Below, in pieces: positions 13,288 through 27,300 of a stretch of DNA of 64,000 bases. A model generated the notes under the pieces. It ran no database searches. It saw only the letters and a list, made by a program, of their open reading frames with translations, and was not told the origin of the DNA. Source of the stretch: Nemertoderma westbladi (taxonomy: Eukaryota; Animalia; Xenacoelomorpha); NCBI GenBank assembly GCA_032718475.1, contig JAUCBJ010008744.1, positions 1 to 64,000 of the forward strand, written 5' to 3'. A program made the position numbers and the translations under genes. Positions within the stretch are counted from its first letter, which is position 1. Each line of letters opens with the position of its first letter.

Positions 13288-13500
13288 GGTTGTCTGCTGT
13301 CGGTTGTCTGCTGTCGGCTGTCTGCTGTCGGTTGTCTGCTGTTGGTCGTCTGCTGTCGGTTGTCTGCTGTCGGTTGTCTGCCGTTGGTCGTCTGTTGTCG
13401 GTTGTCTGCTGTCGGTTGTCTGCTGTCGGTTGTCTGCTGTCGGTTGTTGGTTGTCTGCTGTCGGTTGTCTGCTTGTCGGTTGTTGGTTGTCTGCTGTTGG
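13288..13500. repeat. 14-bp minisatellite (CGGTTGTCTGCTGT)
   Basis: Direct reading; it starts immediately after the RTE (TAG)n tail. Confidence 0.9.
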
Positions 13501-13777
13501 TCTTCTTTTAAGTTAAGTAACTAAGCACTTTTGAAGCTGTAACAAAAACCCAATTAGATCTAACTAGTGCGGTGGCTGGAGCTGCCAATCACCGCCTCCT
13601 AAGAAGAATAGCTATATATTAATAACGAGCGATGCCAATAATTACGTTTATAGCGTTATAACAATTCGATTAAATAAATTTCATACAATATTGAGGCTGG
13701 CAAATTTCTGAAAAAATATTTTTATCATCGTGTGGAGCGAGCCACTACCTTTAGCGTATACACTGTTAGTAGCTAAT

Positions 13778-14040
13778 TGCAGACCATTGCTTTCGCCGTG
13801 AGGACCAGCCAGTGCATAATCTTGTACTTTGGCAGCCTCATGGAGTGAATAAGCATGGTGGACAGCCCATGACTTTCTTGAGACGCATCTTAAAGGACAC
13901 TGGCCTTGAAGATGCGGATGATCTAGCAAATGTCATGGGTGATAGGGAGTTGTGGCGGTGCAATTTTGTCGATAAGCCGGCACAGCATTCTTAAAAATGC
14001 AGCTGCAATGCAGCATGCCGATCCTAGTAGTAGTTAGTAG
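13778..14040 (+). mobile_element. RTE-clade LINE 3' fragment (~260 bp)
   Basis: Near-identical to 58737-59000 (peptide HNLVLWQPHGVNKHGGQPMTFLRRILKDTG...DKPAQHS*), ending in TAG repeats. Confidence 0.92.
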
Positions 14041-14542
14041 ATAGGACAATTAGTTAACCGTCGGTCGTTGTCGTTCTTGTCGTCGAAAAATGTTCGAACG
14101 CAAATAAGTCGGTCAATCTTTGATGAAAAGGAAAACAAACTTGGTACAAATGTAGTCCAAGTCCATAATAAAGGTTATAAATTCTTCTACACACAGACAG
14201 ACTTGTATAGTTGATATATCGACCGCTAGGGGGCGAATAACTAGGTCCACTGGTCCATTGTACCTCTATGGAAAGGCTCATCTATAGCTGTGTGCGCGAA
14301 GGCCCCACGAACGTGTCTAGGTCTACGTGACCTTCTGTAAATATCCGTTTCAGTTATGTGAAATTGTCTCCAAGCCCGAGAGTAAATAACGATATATATA
14401 AATATTGCACTGGAGGTCGCTCATTAAATGTAAAGTTACTTATGTTTAATAAAACAAACCAAATAAAATTGTTATGTAGCGATATAATTTAATTTGCACC
14501 TCAGCAACTTAGAATTGAAAGTAACCTACCTTTATTTATTTC

Positions 14543-15301
14543 CTATGCATTACTGCTCGAATTCTTGTTTGAGTACTTGAGTTTAATGATCTCGGGGTTG
14601 ACACACATAAAGTATCTCGGGTCTACCCCACGTCGTCTAGCAACGGGCCCCTGACTGCCTAGCAACGGGGAAGCCGGGGCGACGCACGCTTTACAGCCGG
14701 GCCGGGGCGTTGTGTGGAGGAAGTGGCGTTGTGGTGGGGGCGTTCTAGTGGGCAGAAAGCGGCGTCGTGGTGCCGTTGGTGAGTCAGTGAGGGGGGTGAT
14801 AAGTCGGCGTGGGAGGGCTGGGGAGTATGTGGTGAGGTGTGGCGAAACGGGGATGGTGGGTGGTGCCGTGTCGATGTGAGGCGACAACCCACTACTGTGT
14901 GACACCGCCCCACTGCTGGGTGACATAGTCTCACTACTGTGTGACACCGCCCCACTACTGTAAGGCGCCATGAGTCTGCGGTGCAGCGGTACGGGATTGA
15001 CTGAGTCGGACTGCGCCGACTGCTTGAGGGACCGACTGAACATCGGCGATGCAAGATGCAGACGGGCGGTGGCGAGGGCACGCCGAGCTGCCACCGGAGT
15101 GGCGGCATTGGAACCAGTTGATATACCGCGCCGCAGTGGAACTGGGGTGGTGATGTTGGAACCAGCTGATATACCACGTCGCAGTGGCACTGGGGTCGCC
15201 ACCCCAGATAGCGAATTGGGTTTGCTGGTCGGCGCTGCAGGAGATTCTTCGCTTTCGTTTGCAGGGTGCGACTTCACATCGGCTTCCATTTCTGTCCACG
15301 C
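14543..15301 (-). CDS. PDE7: PDE7-like gene, coding exon 2 (end of catalytic helix plus Pro/Ser/Arg-rich tail)
   Basis: Acceptor ...TTATTATGTTGATAG|GCG at 15302/15301 (phase 0) is in frame with ORF 15289-14543. Joining gives ...ILANLEVNLQ|AWTEMEADV, which supplies the conserved PDE N..W motif. GC-rich codon-like composition; AATAAA follows the stop. Confidence 0.8.
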   Translation of the reverse strand, partial: AWTEMEADVKSHPANESEESPAAPTSKPNSLSGVATPVPLRRGISAGSNITTPVPLRRGISTGSNAATPVAARRALATARLHLASPMFSRSLKQSAQSDSVNPVPLHRRLMAPYSSGAVSHSSETMSPSSGAVSHSSGLSPHIDTAPPTIPVSPHLTTYSPALPRRLITPLTDSPTAPRRRFLPTRTPPPQRHFLHTTPRPGCKACVAPASPLLGSQGPVARRRGVDPRYFMCVNPEIIKLKYSNKNSSSNA

Positions 15302-15355
15302 CTATCAACATAATAAGTTACCGTAAATATAATTAATTAACCTTACAGCACCGTA

Positions 15356-18300
15356 CACACTACACCAAACAATGAAGGTCCTTGTAGTGTGATTTGTTGC
15401 TACAGGCGTCCTTCATTGTTTGGTGTGGTGTGATTTGTTGCTACATGCGTCCTTCATTGTTTGGTGTAGTGTGATTTGTTGCTACATGCGTCCTTCATTG
15501 TTTGGTGTACTGTGATTTGTTGCTACATGCGTCCTTCATTGTTTGGTGTAGTGTGATTTGTTGCTACATGCGTCCTTAATTGTTTGGTGTAGTGTGATTT
15601 GTTGCTACATGCGTCCTTCATTGTTTGGTGTAGTGTGATTTGTTGCTACATGCGTCCTTAATTGTTTGGTGTAGTGTGATTTGTTGCTACATGCGTCCTT
15701 CATTGTTTGGTGTAGTGTGATTAGTTGCTACATGCGTCCTTCATTGTTTGGTGTAGTGTGATTTGTTGCTACATGCGTCCTTCATTGTTTGGTGTACTGT
15801 GATTTGTTGCTACATGCGTCCTTAATTGTTTGGTGTAGTGTGATTTGTTGCTACATGCGTCCTTAATTGTTTGGTGTAGTGTGATTTGTTGCTACATGCG
15901 TCCTTCATTGTTTGGTGTAGTGTGATTTGTTGCTACATGCGTCTTTCATTGTTTGGTGTAGTACGATTTGTTGCTACATATGACCTTCATTGTTTTATTG
16001 TTTGGTGTAGTGTGATTTGTTGCTACATGCGTCCTTCATTGTTTGGTGTAGTGTGATTTGTTGCTACATGCGTCCTTCATTGTTTGGTGTAGTGTGATTT
16101 GTTGATACATGCGTACTTCATTGTTTGGTGTAGTACGATTTGTTGCTACATATGACCTTCATTGTTTCATTGTTTGGTGTAGTGTGATTTGTTGCTACAT
16201 GCGTCCTTGATTGTTTGGTGTAGTGTGATTTGTTGCTACATGCGTCCTTCATTGTTTGGTGTAGTGTGATTTGTTGCTACATGAGTCCTTCATTGTTTGG
16301 TGTAGTGTGATTTGTTGCTACATGCGTCCTTCATTGTTTGGTGTAGTGTGATTTGTTGCTACATGCGTCCTTCATTGTTTGGTGTAGTGTGATTTGTTGC
16401 TACATGCGTCTTTCATTGTTTGGTGTAGTACGATTTGTTGCTACATGCGTCCTTCATTGATTGGTGTAGTGTGATTTGTTGCTACATGCGTCCTTCATTG
16501 TTTGGTGTAGTGTGATTTGTTGCTACATGCGTCTTTCATTGTTTGGTGTAGTACGATTTGTTGCTACATGCGTCCTTCATTGATTGGTGTAGTGTGATTT
16601 GTTGCTACATGCGTCCTTCATTGTTTGGTGTAGTGTGATTTGTTGCTACATGCGTCTTTCATTGTTTGGTGTAGTACGATTTGTTGCTACATGCGTCCTT
16701 CATTGATTGGTGTAGTGTGATTTGTTGCTACATGCGTCCTTCATTGTTTGGTGTAGTGTGATTTGTTGCTACATGCGTCTTTCATTGTTTGGTGTAGTAC
16801 GATTTGTTGCTACATGCGTCCTTCATTGATTGGTGTAGTGTGATTTGTTGCTACATGCGTCCTTCATTGTTTGGTGTAGTGTGATTTGTTGCTACATGAG
16901 TCCTTCATTGTTTGGTGTAGTGTGATTTGTTGCTACATGCGTCTTTCATTGTTTGGTGTAGTGTGATTTGTTGCTACATGCGTCCTTCATTGTTTGGTGT
17001 AGTGTGATTTGTTGCTACATGCGTCTTTCATTGTTTGGTGTAGTACGATTTGTTGCTACATGCGTCCTTCATTGATTGGTGTAGTGTGATTTGTTGCTAC
17101 ATGCGTCCTTCATTGATTGGTGTAGTGTGATTTGTTGCTACATGCGTCCTTCATTGTTTGGTGTAGTGTGATTTGTTGCTACATGCGTCTTTCATTGTTT
17201 GGTGTAGTACGATTTGTTGCTACATGCGTCCTTCATTGATTGGTGTAGTGTGATTTGTTGCTACATGCGTCCTTCATTGTTTGGTGTAGTGTGATTTGTT
17301 GCTACATGCGTCCTTCATTGTTTGGTGTAGTGTGATTTGTTGCTACATGCGTCCTTCATTGTTTGGTGTAGTGTGATTTGTTGCTACATGCGTCCTTCAT
17401 TGTTTGGTGTAGTGTGATTTGTTGCTACATGCGTCTTTCATTGTTTGGTGTAGTACGATTTGTTGCTACATATGACCTTCATTGTTTTATTGTTTGGTGT
17501 AGTGTGATTTGTTGCTACATGCGTCCTTCATTGTTTGGTGTAGTGTGATTTGTTGCTACATGCGTCCTTCATTGTTTGGTGTAGTGTGATTTGTTGCTAC
17601 ATGCGTCCTTCATTGTTTGGTGTAGTGTGATTTGTTGCTACATGCGTCCTTCATTGTTTGGTGTAGTGTGATTTGTTGCTACATGTGTCCTTCATTGTTT
17701 GGTGTAGTGTGATTTGTTGCTACATGCGTACTTCATTGTTTGGTGTAGTACGATTTGTTGCTACATATGACCTTCATTGTTTCATTGTTTGGTGTAGTGT
17801 GATTTGTTGCTACATGCGTCCTTCATTGTTTGGTGTAGTGTGATTTGTTGCTACATGCGTCCTTCATTGTTTGGTGTAGTGTGATTTGTTGCTACATGCG
17901 TCCTTCATTGTTTGGTGTAGTGTGATTTGTTGCTACATGTGTCCTTCATTGTTTGGTGTAGTGTGATTTGTTGCTACATGCGTCCTTCATTGTTTGGTGT
18001 AGTGTGATTTGTTGCTACATGCGTCCTTCATTGTTTGGTGTAGTGTGATTTGTTGCTACATGCGTCTTTCATTGTTTGGTGTAGTACGATTTGTTGCTAC
18101 ATATGACCTTCATTGTTTTATTGTTTGGTGTAGTGTGATTTGTTGCTACATGCGTCCTTCATTGTTTGGTGTAGTGTGATTTGTTGCTACATGCCTCCTT
18201 AATTGTTTGGTGTAGTGTGATTTGTTGCTACATGCGTCCTTCATTGTTTGGTGTAGTGTGATTTGTTGCTACATGCGTCTTTCATTGTTTGGTGTAGTGT

Positions 18301-21300
18301 GATTTGTTGCTTCATGCGTACTCCATTGTTTGGTGTAGTGCGATTTGTTGCTACATATGACCTTCATTGTTTCATTGTTTGGTGTAGTGTGATTTGTTGC
18401 TACATGCGTCCTTCATTGTTTAGTGTAGTGTGATTTCTTGTTACATGTGTACTTCATTGTTTGGTGTAGTGTGATTTGTTGCTACATGCGTCCTTCATTG
18501 ATTGGTGTAGTGTGATTTGTTGCTACATGCGTCCTTCATTGTTTGGTGTAGTGTGATTTCTTGTTACATGCGTACTTCATTGTTTGGTGTAGTGTGATTT
18601 GTTGCTACATGCGTCCTTCATTGTTTGGTGTAGTGTGATTTGTTGCTACATGCGTCCTTCATTGTTTGGTGTGGTGTGATTTGTTGCTACATGCGTCCTT
18701 CATTGTTTGGTGTAGTGTGATTTGTTGCTACATGCGTCCTTCATTGTTTGGTGTAGTGTGATTTGTTGCTACATGCGTCCTTCATTGTTTGGTGTAGTGT
18801 GATTTGTTGCTACATGCGTCCTTAATTGTTTGGTGTAGTGTGATTTGTTGCTACATGCGTCCTTCATTGTTTGGTGTAGTGTGATTTGTTGCTACATGCG
18901 TCTTTCATTGTTTGGTGTAGTACGATTTGTTGCTACATATGACCTTCATTGTTTTATTGTTTGGTGTAGTGTGATTTGTTGCTACATGCGTCCTTCATTG
19001 TTTGGTGTAGTGTGATTTGTTGCTACATGCGTCCTTCATTGTTTGGTGTAGTGTGATTTGTTGCTACATGCGTACTTCATTGTTTGGTGTAGTACGATTT
19101 GTTGCTACATATGACCTTCATTGTTTCATTGTTTGGTGTAGTGTGATTTGTTGCTACATGCGTCCTTCATTGTTTGGTGTAGTGTGATTTGTTGCTACAT
19201 GCGTCCTTCATTGTTTGGTGTAGTGTGATTTGTTGCTACATGAGTCCTTCATTGTTTGGTGTAGTGTGATTTGTTGCTACATGCGTCCTTCATTGTTTGG
19301 TGTAGTGTGATTTGTTGCTACATGCGTCCTTCATTGTTTGGTGTAGTGTAATTTGTTGCTACATGCGTCCTTCATTGTTTGGTGTAGTGTGATTTGTTGC
19401 TACATGCGTCTTTCATTGTTTGGTGTAGTACGATTTGTTGCTACATATGACCTTCATTGTTTTATTGTTTGGTGTAGTGTGATTTGTTGCTACATGCGTC
19501 CTTCATTGTTTGGTGTAGTGTGATTTGTTGCTACATGCGTCCTTCATTGTTTGGTGTAGTGTGATTTGTTGCTACATGCGTCCTTCATTGTTTGGTGTAG
19601 TGTGATTTGTTGCTACATGCGTCCTTCATTGTTTGGTGTAGTGTGATTTGTTGCTACATGTGTCCTTCATTGTTTGGTGTAGTGTGATTTGTTGCTACAT
19701 GCGTACTTCATTGTTTGGTGTAGTACGATTTGTTGCTACATATGACCTTCATTGTTTCATTGTTTGGTGTAGTGTGATTTGTTGCTACATGCGTCCTTCA
19801 TTGTTTGGTGTAGTGTGATTTGTTGCTACATGCGTCCTTCATTGTTTGGTGTAGTGTGATTTGTTGCTACATGCGTCCTTCATTGTTTGGTGTAGTGTGA
19901 TTTGTTGCTACATGTGTCCTTCATTGTTTGGTGTAGTGTGATTTGTTGCTACATGCGTCCTTCATTGTTTGGTGTAGTGTGATTTGTTGCTACATGCGTC
20001 CTTCATTGTTTGGTGTAGTGTGATTTGTTGCTACATGCGTCTTTCATTGTTTGGTGTAGTACGATTTGTTGCTACATATGACCTTCATTGTTTTATTGTT
20101 TGGTGTAGTGTGATTTGTTGCTACATGCGTCCTTCATTGTTTGGTGTAGTGTGATTTGTTGCTACATGCGTCCTTCATTGTTTGGTGTAGTGTGATTTGT
20201 TGCTACATGCGTACTTCATTGTTTGGTGTAGTACGATTTGTTGCTACATATGACCTTCATTTATTCATTGTTTGGTGTAGTGTGATTTGTTGCTACATGC
20301 GTCCTTCATTGTTTGGTGTAGTGTGATTTCTTGTTACATGCGTACTTCATTGTTTGGTGTAGTGTGATTTGTTGCTACATGCGTCCTTCATTGATTGGTG
20401 TAGTGTGATTTGTTGCTACATGCGTCCTTCATTGTTTGGTGTAGTGTGATTTCTTGTTACATGCGTACTTCATTGTTTGGTGTAGTGTGATTTGTTGCTA
20501 CATGCGTCCTTCATTGTTTGGTGTAGTGTGATTTGTTGCTACATGCGTCATTCATTGTTTGGTGTAGTACGATTTGTTGCTACATATGACCTTCATTGTT
20601 TCATTGTTTGGTGTAGTGTGATTTGTTGCTACATGCGTCCTTCATTGATTGGTGTAGTGTGATTTGTTGCTACATGCGTCCTTCATTGTTTGGTGTAGTG
20701 TGATTTCTTGTTACATGCGTACTTCATTGTTTGGTGTAGTGTGATTTGTTGCTACATGCGTCCTTCATTGTTTGGTGTAGTGTGATTTGTTGCTACATGC
20801 GTCATTCATTGTTTGGTGTAGTACGATTTGTTGCTACATATGACCTTCAGTGTTTCATTGTTTGGTGTAGTGTGGTTTGTTGCTACATGCGTCCTTCATT
20901 GTTTGGTGTAGTGTGATTTGTTGCTACATGCGTCCTTCATTGTTTGGTGTAGTGATTTGTTGCTACATGCGTCCTTCATTGTTTGGTGTAGTGTGATTTG
21001 TTGCTACATGCGTCCTTCATTGTTTGGTGTAGTGTGATTTGTTGCTACATGCGTCCTTCATTGTTTGGTGTAGTGATTTGTTGCTACATGCGTCCTTCAT
21101 TGTTTGGTGTAGTGTGATTTGTTGCTACATGCGTCCTTCATTGTTTGGTGTAGTGTGATTTGTTGCTACATGCATCCTTCATTGTTTGGTGTAGTGTGAT
21201 TTGTTGCTACATGCGTCCTTCATTGTTTGGTGTAGTGTGATTTGTTGCTACATGCGTCCTTCATTGTTTGGTGTAGTGTGATTTGTTGCTACATGCGTCC

Positions 21301-24300
21301 TTCATTGTTTGGTGTAGTACGATTTGTTGCTACATATGACCTTCATTGTTTCATTGTTTGGTGTAGTGTGATTTGTTGCTACATGCGTCCTTCATTGTTT
21401 GGTGTAGTGTGATTTCTTGTTACATGCGTCCTTCATTGTTTGGTGTAGTGTGATTTGTTGCTACATGCGTCCTTCATTGTTTGGTGTAGTGTGATTTGTT
21501 GCTACATGCGTCCTTCATTGTTTGGTGTAGTGTGATTTCTTGTTACATGCGCCCTTCATTGTTTGGTGTAGTGTGATTTGTTGCTACATGCGTCCTTCAT
21601 TGTTTGTTGAAGTACGATTTGTTGCTACATGCGTCCTTCATTGTTTGGTGTAGTGTGATTTGTTGCTACGTGCGTCCTTCATTGTTTGGTGTAGTGTGAT
21701 TTGTTGCTACATGCGTCCTTTATTGTTTGTTGTAGTGCGATTTGTTGCTACATGCGTCCTTCATTGTTTGGTGTAGTGTGATTTGTAGCTACATGCGTCC
21801 TTCATTGTTTGTTGTAGTGTGATTTGTTGCTACATGCGTCCTTCATTGTTTGGTGTAGTGTGATTTGTTGCTACATGCGTCCTTCATTGTTTGGTGTAGT
21901 GTGATTTGTTGCTACATGCGTCCTTCATTGTTTGTTGTAGTGCGATTTGTTGCTACATGCGTCCTTCATTGTTTGGTGTAGTGTGATTTGTTGCTACATG
22001 CGTCCTTCATTGTTTGTTGTAGTGCGATTTGTTGCTACATGCGTCCTTCATTGTTTGGTGTAGTGTGATTTGTTGCTACATGCGTCCCTCATTGTTTGGT
22101 GTAGTGCGATTTGTTGCTACATGCGTCCTTCATTGTTTGTTGTAGTGTGATTTGTTGCTACATGCGTCCTTCGTTGTTTGGTGTAGTGTGATTTGTTGCT
22201 ACATGCGTCCTTCATTGTTTGGTGTAGTGTGATTTCTTGTTACATGCGTACTTCATTGTTTGGTGTAGTGTGATTTGTTGCTACATGCGTCCTTCATTGT
22301 TTGGTGTAGTGTGATTTGTTGCTACATGCGTCATTCATTGTTTGGTGTAGTACGATTTGTTGCTACATATGACCTTCAGTGTTTCATTGTTTGGTGTAGT
22401 GTGATTTCTTTCTACATGCGTCCTTCATTGTTTGGTGTAGTGTGATTTGTTGCTACATGCGTCCTTCATTGTTTGGTGTAGTGATTTGTTGCTACATGCG
22501 TCCTTCATTGTTTGGTGTAGTGTGATTTGTTGCTACATGCGTCCTTCATTGTTTGGTGTAGTGTGATTTGTTGCTACATGCGTCCTTCATTGTTTGGTGT
22601 AGTGATTTGTTGCTACATGCGTCCTTCATTGTTTGGTGTAGTACGATTTGTTGCTACATATGACCTTCATTGTTTCATTGTTTGGTGTAGTGCGATTTGT
22701 TGCTACATGCGTCCTTCATTGATTGGTGTAGTGTGATTTGTTGCTACATGCGTCCTTCATTGTTTGGTGTAGTGTGATTTCTTGTTACATGCGTACTTCA
22801 TTGTTTGGTGTAGTGTGATTTGTTGCTACATGCGTCCTTCATTGTTTGGTGTAGTGTGATTTGTTGCTACATGCGTCATTCATTGTTTGGTGTAGTACGA
22901 TTTGTTGCTACATATGACCTTCATTGTTTCATTGTTTGGTGTAGTGTGATTTGTTGCTACATGCGTCCTTCATTGATTGGTGTAGTGTGATTTGTTGCTA
23001 CATGCATCCTTCATTGTTTGGTGTAGTGTGATTTGTTGCTACATGCGTCCTTCATTGTTTGGTGTAGTGATTTGTTGCTACATGCGTCCTTCATTGTTTG
23101 GTGTAGTGTGATTTGTTGCTACATGCGTCCTTCATTGTTTGGTGTAGTGTGATTTGTTGCTACATGCGTCCTTCATTGTTTGGTGTAGTGATTTGTTGCT
23201 ACATGCGTCCTTCATTGTTTGGTGTAGTACGATTTGTTGCTACATATGACCTTCATTGTTTCATTGTTTAGTGTAGTGCGATTTGTTGCTACATGCGTCC
23301 TTCATTGATTGGTGTAGTGTGATTTGTTGCTACATGCGTCCTTCATTGTTTGGTGTAGTGTGATTTCTTGTTGCATGCGTACTTCATTGTTTGGTGTAGT
23401 GTGATTTGTTGCTACATGCGTCCTTCATTGTTTGGTGTAGTGTGATTTGTTGCTACATGCGTCATTCATTGTTTGGTGTAGTACGATTTGTTGCTACATA
23501 TGACCTTCAGTGTTTCATTGTTTGGTGTAGTGTGATTTCTTTCTACATGCGTCCTTCATTGTTTGGTGTAGTGTGATTTGTTGCTACATGCGTCCTTCAT
23601 TGTTTGGTGTAGTGATTTGTTGCTACATGCGTCCTTCATTGTTTGGTGTAGTGTGATTTGTTGCTACATGCGTCCTTCATTGTTTGGTGTAGTGTGATTT
23701 GTTGCTACATGCGTCCTTCATTGTTTGGTGTAGTGATTTGTTGCTACATGCGTCCTTCATTGTTTGGTGTAGTGTGATTTGTTGCTACATATGACCTTCA
23801 TTGTTTCATTGTTTGGTGTAGTGTGATTTGTTGCTACATGCATCCTTCATTGATTGGTGTAGTGCGATTTGTTGATACATGCGTCCTTCATTGTTTGGTG
23901 TAATGTGATTTGTTGCTACATGCGTCCTTCATTGATTGGTGTAGTGTGATTTGTTGCTACATGCGTCCTTCATTGTTTGGTGTAGTGTGATTTCTTGTTA
24001 CATGCGTACTTCATTGTTTGGTGTAGTGTGATTTGTTGCTACATGCGTCCTTCATTGTTTGGTGTAGTGTGATTTGTTGCTACATGCGTCCTTCATTGTT
24101 TGGTGTAGTGTGATTTGTTGCTACATGCGTCATTCATTGTTTGGTGTAGTACGATTTGTTGCTACATATGATCTTCATTGTTTCATTGTTTGGTGTAGTG
24201 TGATTTGTTGCTACATGCGTCCTTCATTGATTGGTGTAGTGTGATTTGTTGCTACATGCATCCTTCATTGTTTGGTGTAGTGTGATTTGTTGCTACATGC

Positions 24301-27300
24301 GTCCTTCATTGTTTGGTGTAGTGTGATTTGTTGCTACATGCGTCCTTCATTGTTTGGTGTAGTGTGATTTGTTGCTACATGCGTCCTTCATTGTTTGGTG
24401 TAGTACGATTTGTTGCTACATATGACCTTCATTGTTTGGTGTAGTGTGATTTGTTGCTACATGCGTCCTTCATTGTTTGGTGTAGTGTGATTTGTTGCTA
24501 CATGCGTCTTTCATTGTTTGGTGTAGTACGATTTGTTGCTACATATGACCTTCATTGTTTTATTGTTTGGTGTAGTGTGATTTGTTGCTACATGCGTCCT
24601 TCATTGTTTGGTGTACTGTGATTTGTTGCTACATGCGTCCTTCATTGTTTGGTGTAGTGTGATTTGTTGCTACATGCGTCCTTAATTGTTTGGTGTAGTG
24701 TGATTTGTTGCTACATGCGTCCTTCATTGTTTGGTGTACTGTGATTTGTTGCTACATGCGTCCTTCATTGATTGGTGTAGTGTGATTTGTTGCTACATGT
24801 GTACTTCATTGTTTGGTGTAGTGTGATTTCTTGTTACATGCGTACTTCATTGTTTGGTGTAGTGTGATTTGTTGCTACATGCGTCCTTCATTGTTTGGTG
24901 TAGTGTGATTTGTTGCTACATGCGTCCTTCATTGTTTGGTGTGGTGTGATTTGTTGCTACATGCGTCCTTCATTGTTTGGTGTAGTGTGATTTGTTGCTA
25001 CATGCGTCCTTCATTGTTTGGTGTACTGTGATTTGTTGCTACATGCGTCCTTCATTGTTTGGTGTAGTGTGATTTGTTGCTACATGCGTCCTTAATTGTT
25101 TGGTGTAGTGTGATTTGTTGCTACATGCGTCCTTCATTGTTTGGTGTAGTGTGATTTGTTGCTACATGCGTCCTTCATTGTTTGGTGTACTGTGATTTGT
25201 TGCTACATGCGTCCTTCATTGTTTGGTGTAGTGTGATTTGTTGCTACATGCGTCATTCATTATTTGGTGTAGTACGATTTGTTGCTACATATGACCTTCA
25301 TTGTTTCATTGTTTGGTGTAGTGTGATTTGTTGCTACATGCGTCCTTCATTGTTTGGTGTAGTGTGATTTGTTGCTACATGCGTCCTTCATTGTTTGGTG
25401 TAGTGTGATTTGTTGCTACATGAGTCCTTCATTGTTTGGTGTAGTGTGATTTGTTGCTACATGCGTCCTTCATTGTTTGGTGTAGTGTGATTTGTTGCTA
25501 CATGCGTCCTTCATTGTTTGGTGTAGTGTGATTTGTTGCTACATGCGTCCTTCATTGTTTGGTGTAGTGTGATTTGTTGCTACATGCGTCTTTCATTGTT
25601 TGGTGTAGTACGATTTGTTGCTACATATGACCTTCATTGTTTTATTGTTTGGTGTAGTGTGATTTGTTGCTACATGCGTCCTTCATTGTTTGGTGTAGTG
25701 TGATTTGTTGCTACATGCGTCCTTCATTGTTTGGTGTAGTGTGATTTGTTGCTACATGCGTCCTTCATTGTTTGGTGTAGTGTGATTTGTTGCTACATGC
25801 GTCCTTCATTGTTTGGTGTAGTGTGATTTGTTGCTACATGTGTCCTTCATTGTTTGGTGTAGTGTGATTTGTTGCTACATGCGTACTTCATTGTTTGGTG
25901 TAGTACGATTTGTTGCTACATATGACCTTCATTGTTTCATTGTTTGGTGTAGTGTGATTTGTTGCTACATGCGTCCTTCATTGTTTGGTGTAGTGTGATT
26001 TGTTGCTACATGCGTCCTTCATTGTTTGGTGTAGTGTGATTTGTTGCTACATGCGTCCTTCATTGTTTGGTGTAGTGTGATTTGTTGCTACATGTGTCCT
26101 TCATTGTTTGGTGTAGTGTGATTTGTTGCTACATGCGTCCTTCATTGTTTGGTGTAGTGTGATTTGTTGCTACATGCGTCCTTCATTGTTTGGTGTAGTG
26201 TGATTTGTTGCTACATGCGTCTTTCATTGTTTGGTGTAGTACGATTTGTTGCTACATATGACCTTCATTGTTTTATTGTTTGGTGTAGTGTGATTTGTTG
26301 CTACATGCGTCCTTCATTGTTTGGTGTAGTGTGATTTGTTGCTACATGCGTCCTTCATTGTTTGGTGTAGTGTGATTTGTTGCTACATGCGTACTTTATT
26401 GTTTGGTGTAGTACGATTTGTTGCTACATATGACCTTCATTGATTCATTGTTTGGTGTAGTGTGATTTGTTGCTACATGCGTCCTTCATTATTTGGTGTA
26501 GTGTGATTTCTTGTTACATGCGTACTTCATTGTTTGGTGTAGTGTGATTTGTTGCTACATGCGTCCTTCATTGATTGGTGTAGTGTGATTTGTTGCTACA
26601 TGCGTCCTTCATTGTTTGGTGTAGTGTGATTTCTTGTTACATGCGTACTTCATTGTTTGGTGTAGTGTGATTTGTTGCTACATGCGTCCTTCATTGTTTG
26701 GTGTAGTGTGATTTGTTGCTACATGCGTCATTCATTGTTTGGTGTAGTACGATTTGTTGCTACATATGACCTTCATTGTTTCATTGTTTGGTGTAGTGTG
26801 ATTTGTTGCTACATGCGTCCTTCATTGATTGGTGTAGTGTGATTTGTTGCTACATGCGTCCTTCATTGTTTGGTGTAGTGTGATTTCTTGTTACATGCGT
26901 ACTTCATTGTTTGGTGTAGTGTGATTTGTTGCTACATGCGTCCTTCATTGTTTGGTGTAGTGTGATTTGTTGCTACATGCGTCATTCATTGTTTGGTGTA
27001 GTACGATTTGTTGCTACATATGACCTTCAGTGTTTCATTGTTTGGTGTAGTGTGGTTTGTTGCTACATGCGTCCTTCATTGTTTGGTGTAGTGTGATTTG
27101 TTGCTACATGCGTCCTTCATTGTTTGGTGTAGTGATTTGTTGCTACATGCGTCCTTCATTGTTTGGTGTAGTGTGATTTGTTGCTACATGCGTCCTTCAT
27201 TGTTTGGTGTAGTGTGATTTGTTGCTACATATGACCTTCATTGTTTTATTGTTTGGTGTAGTGTGATTTGTTGCTACATGCGTCCTTCATTGTTTGGTGT

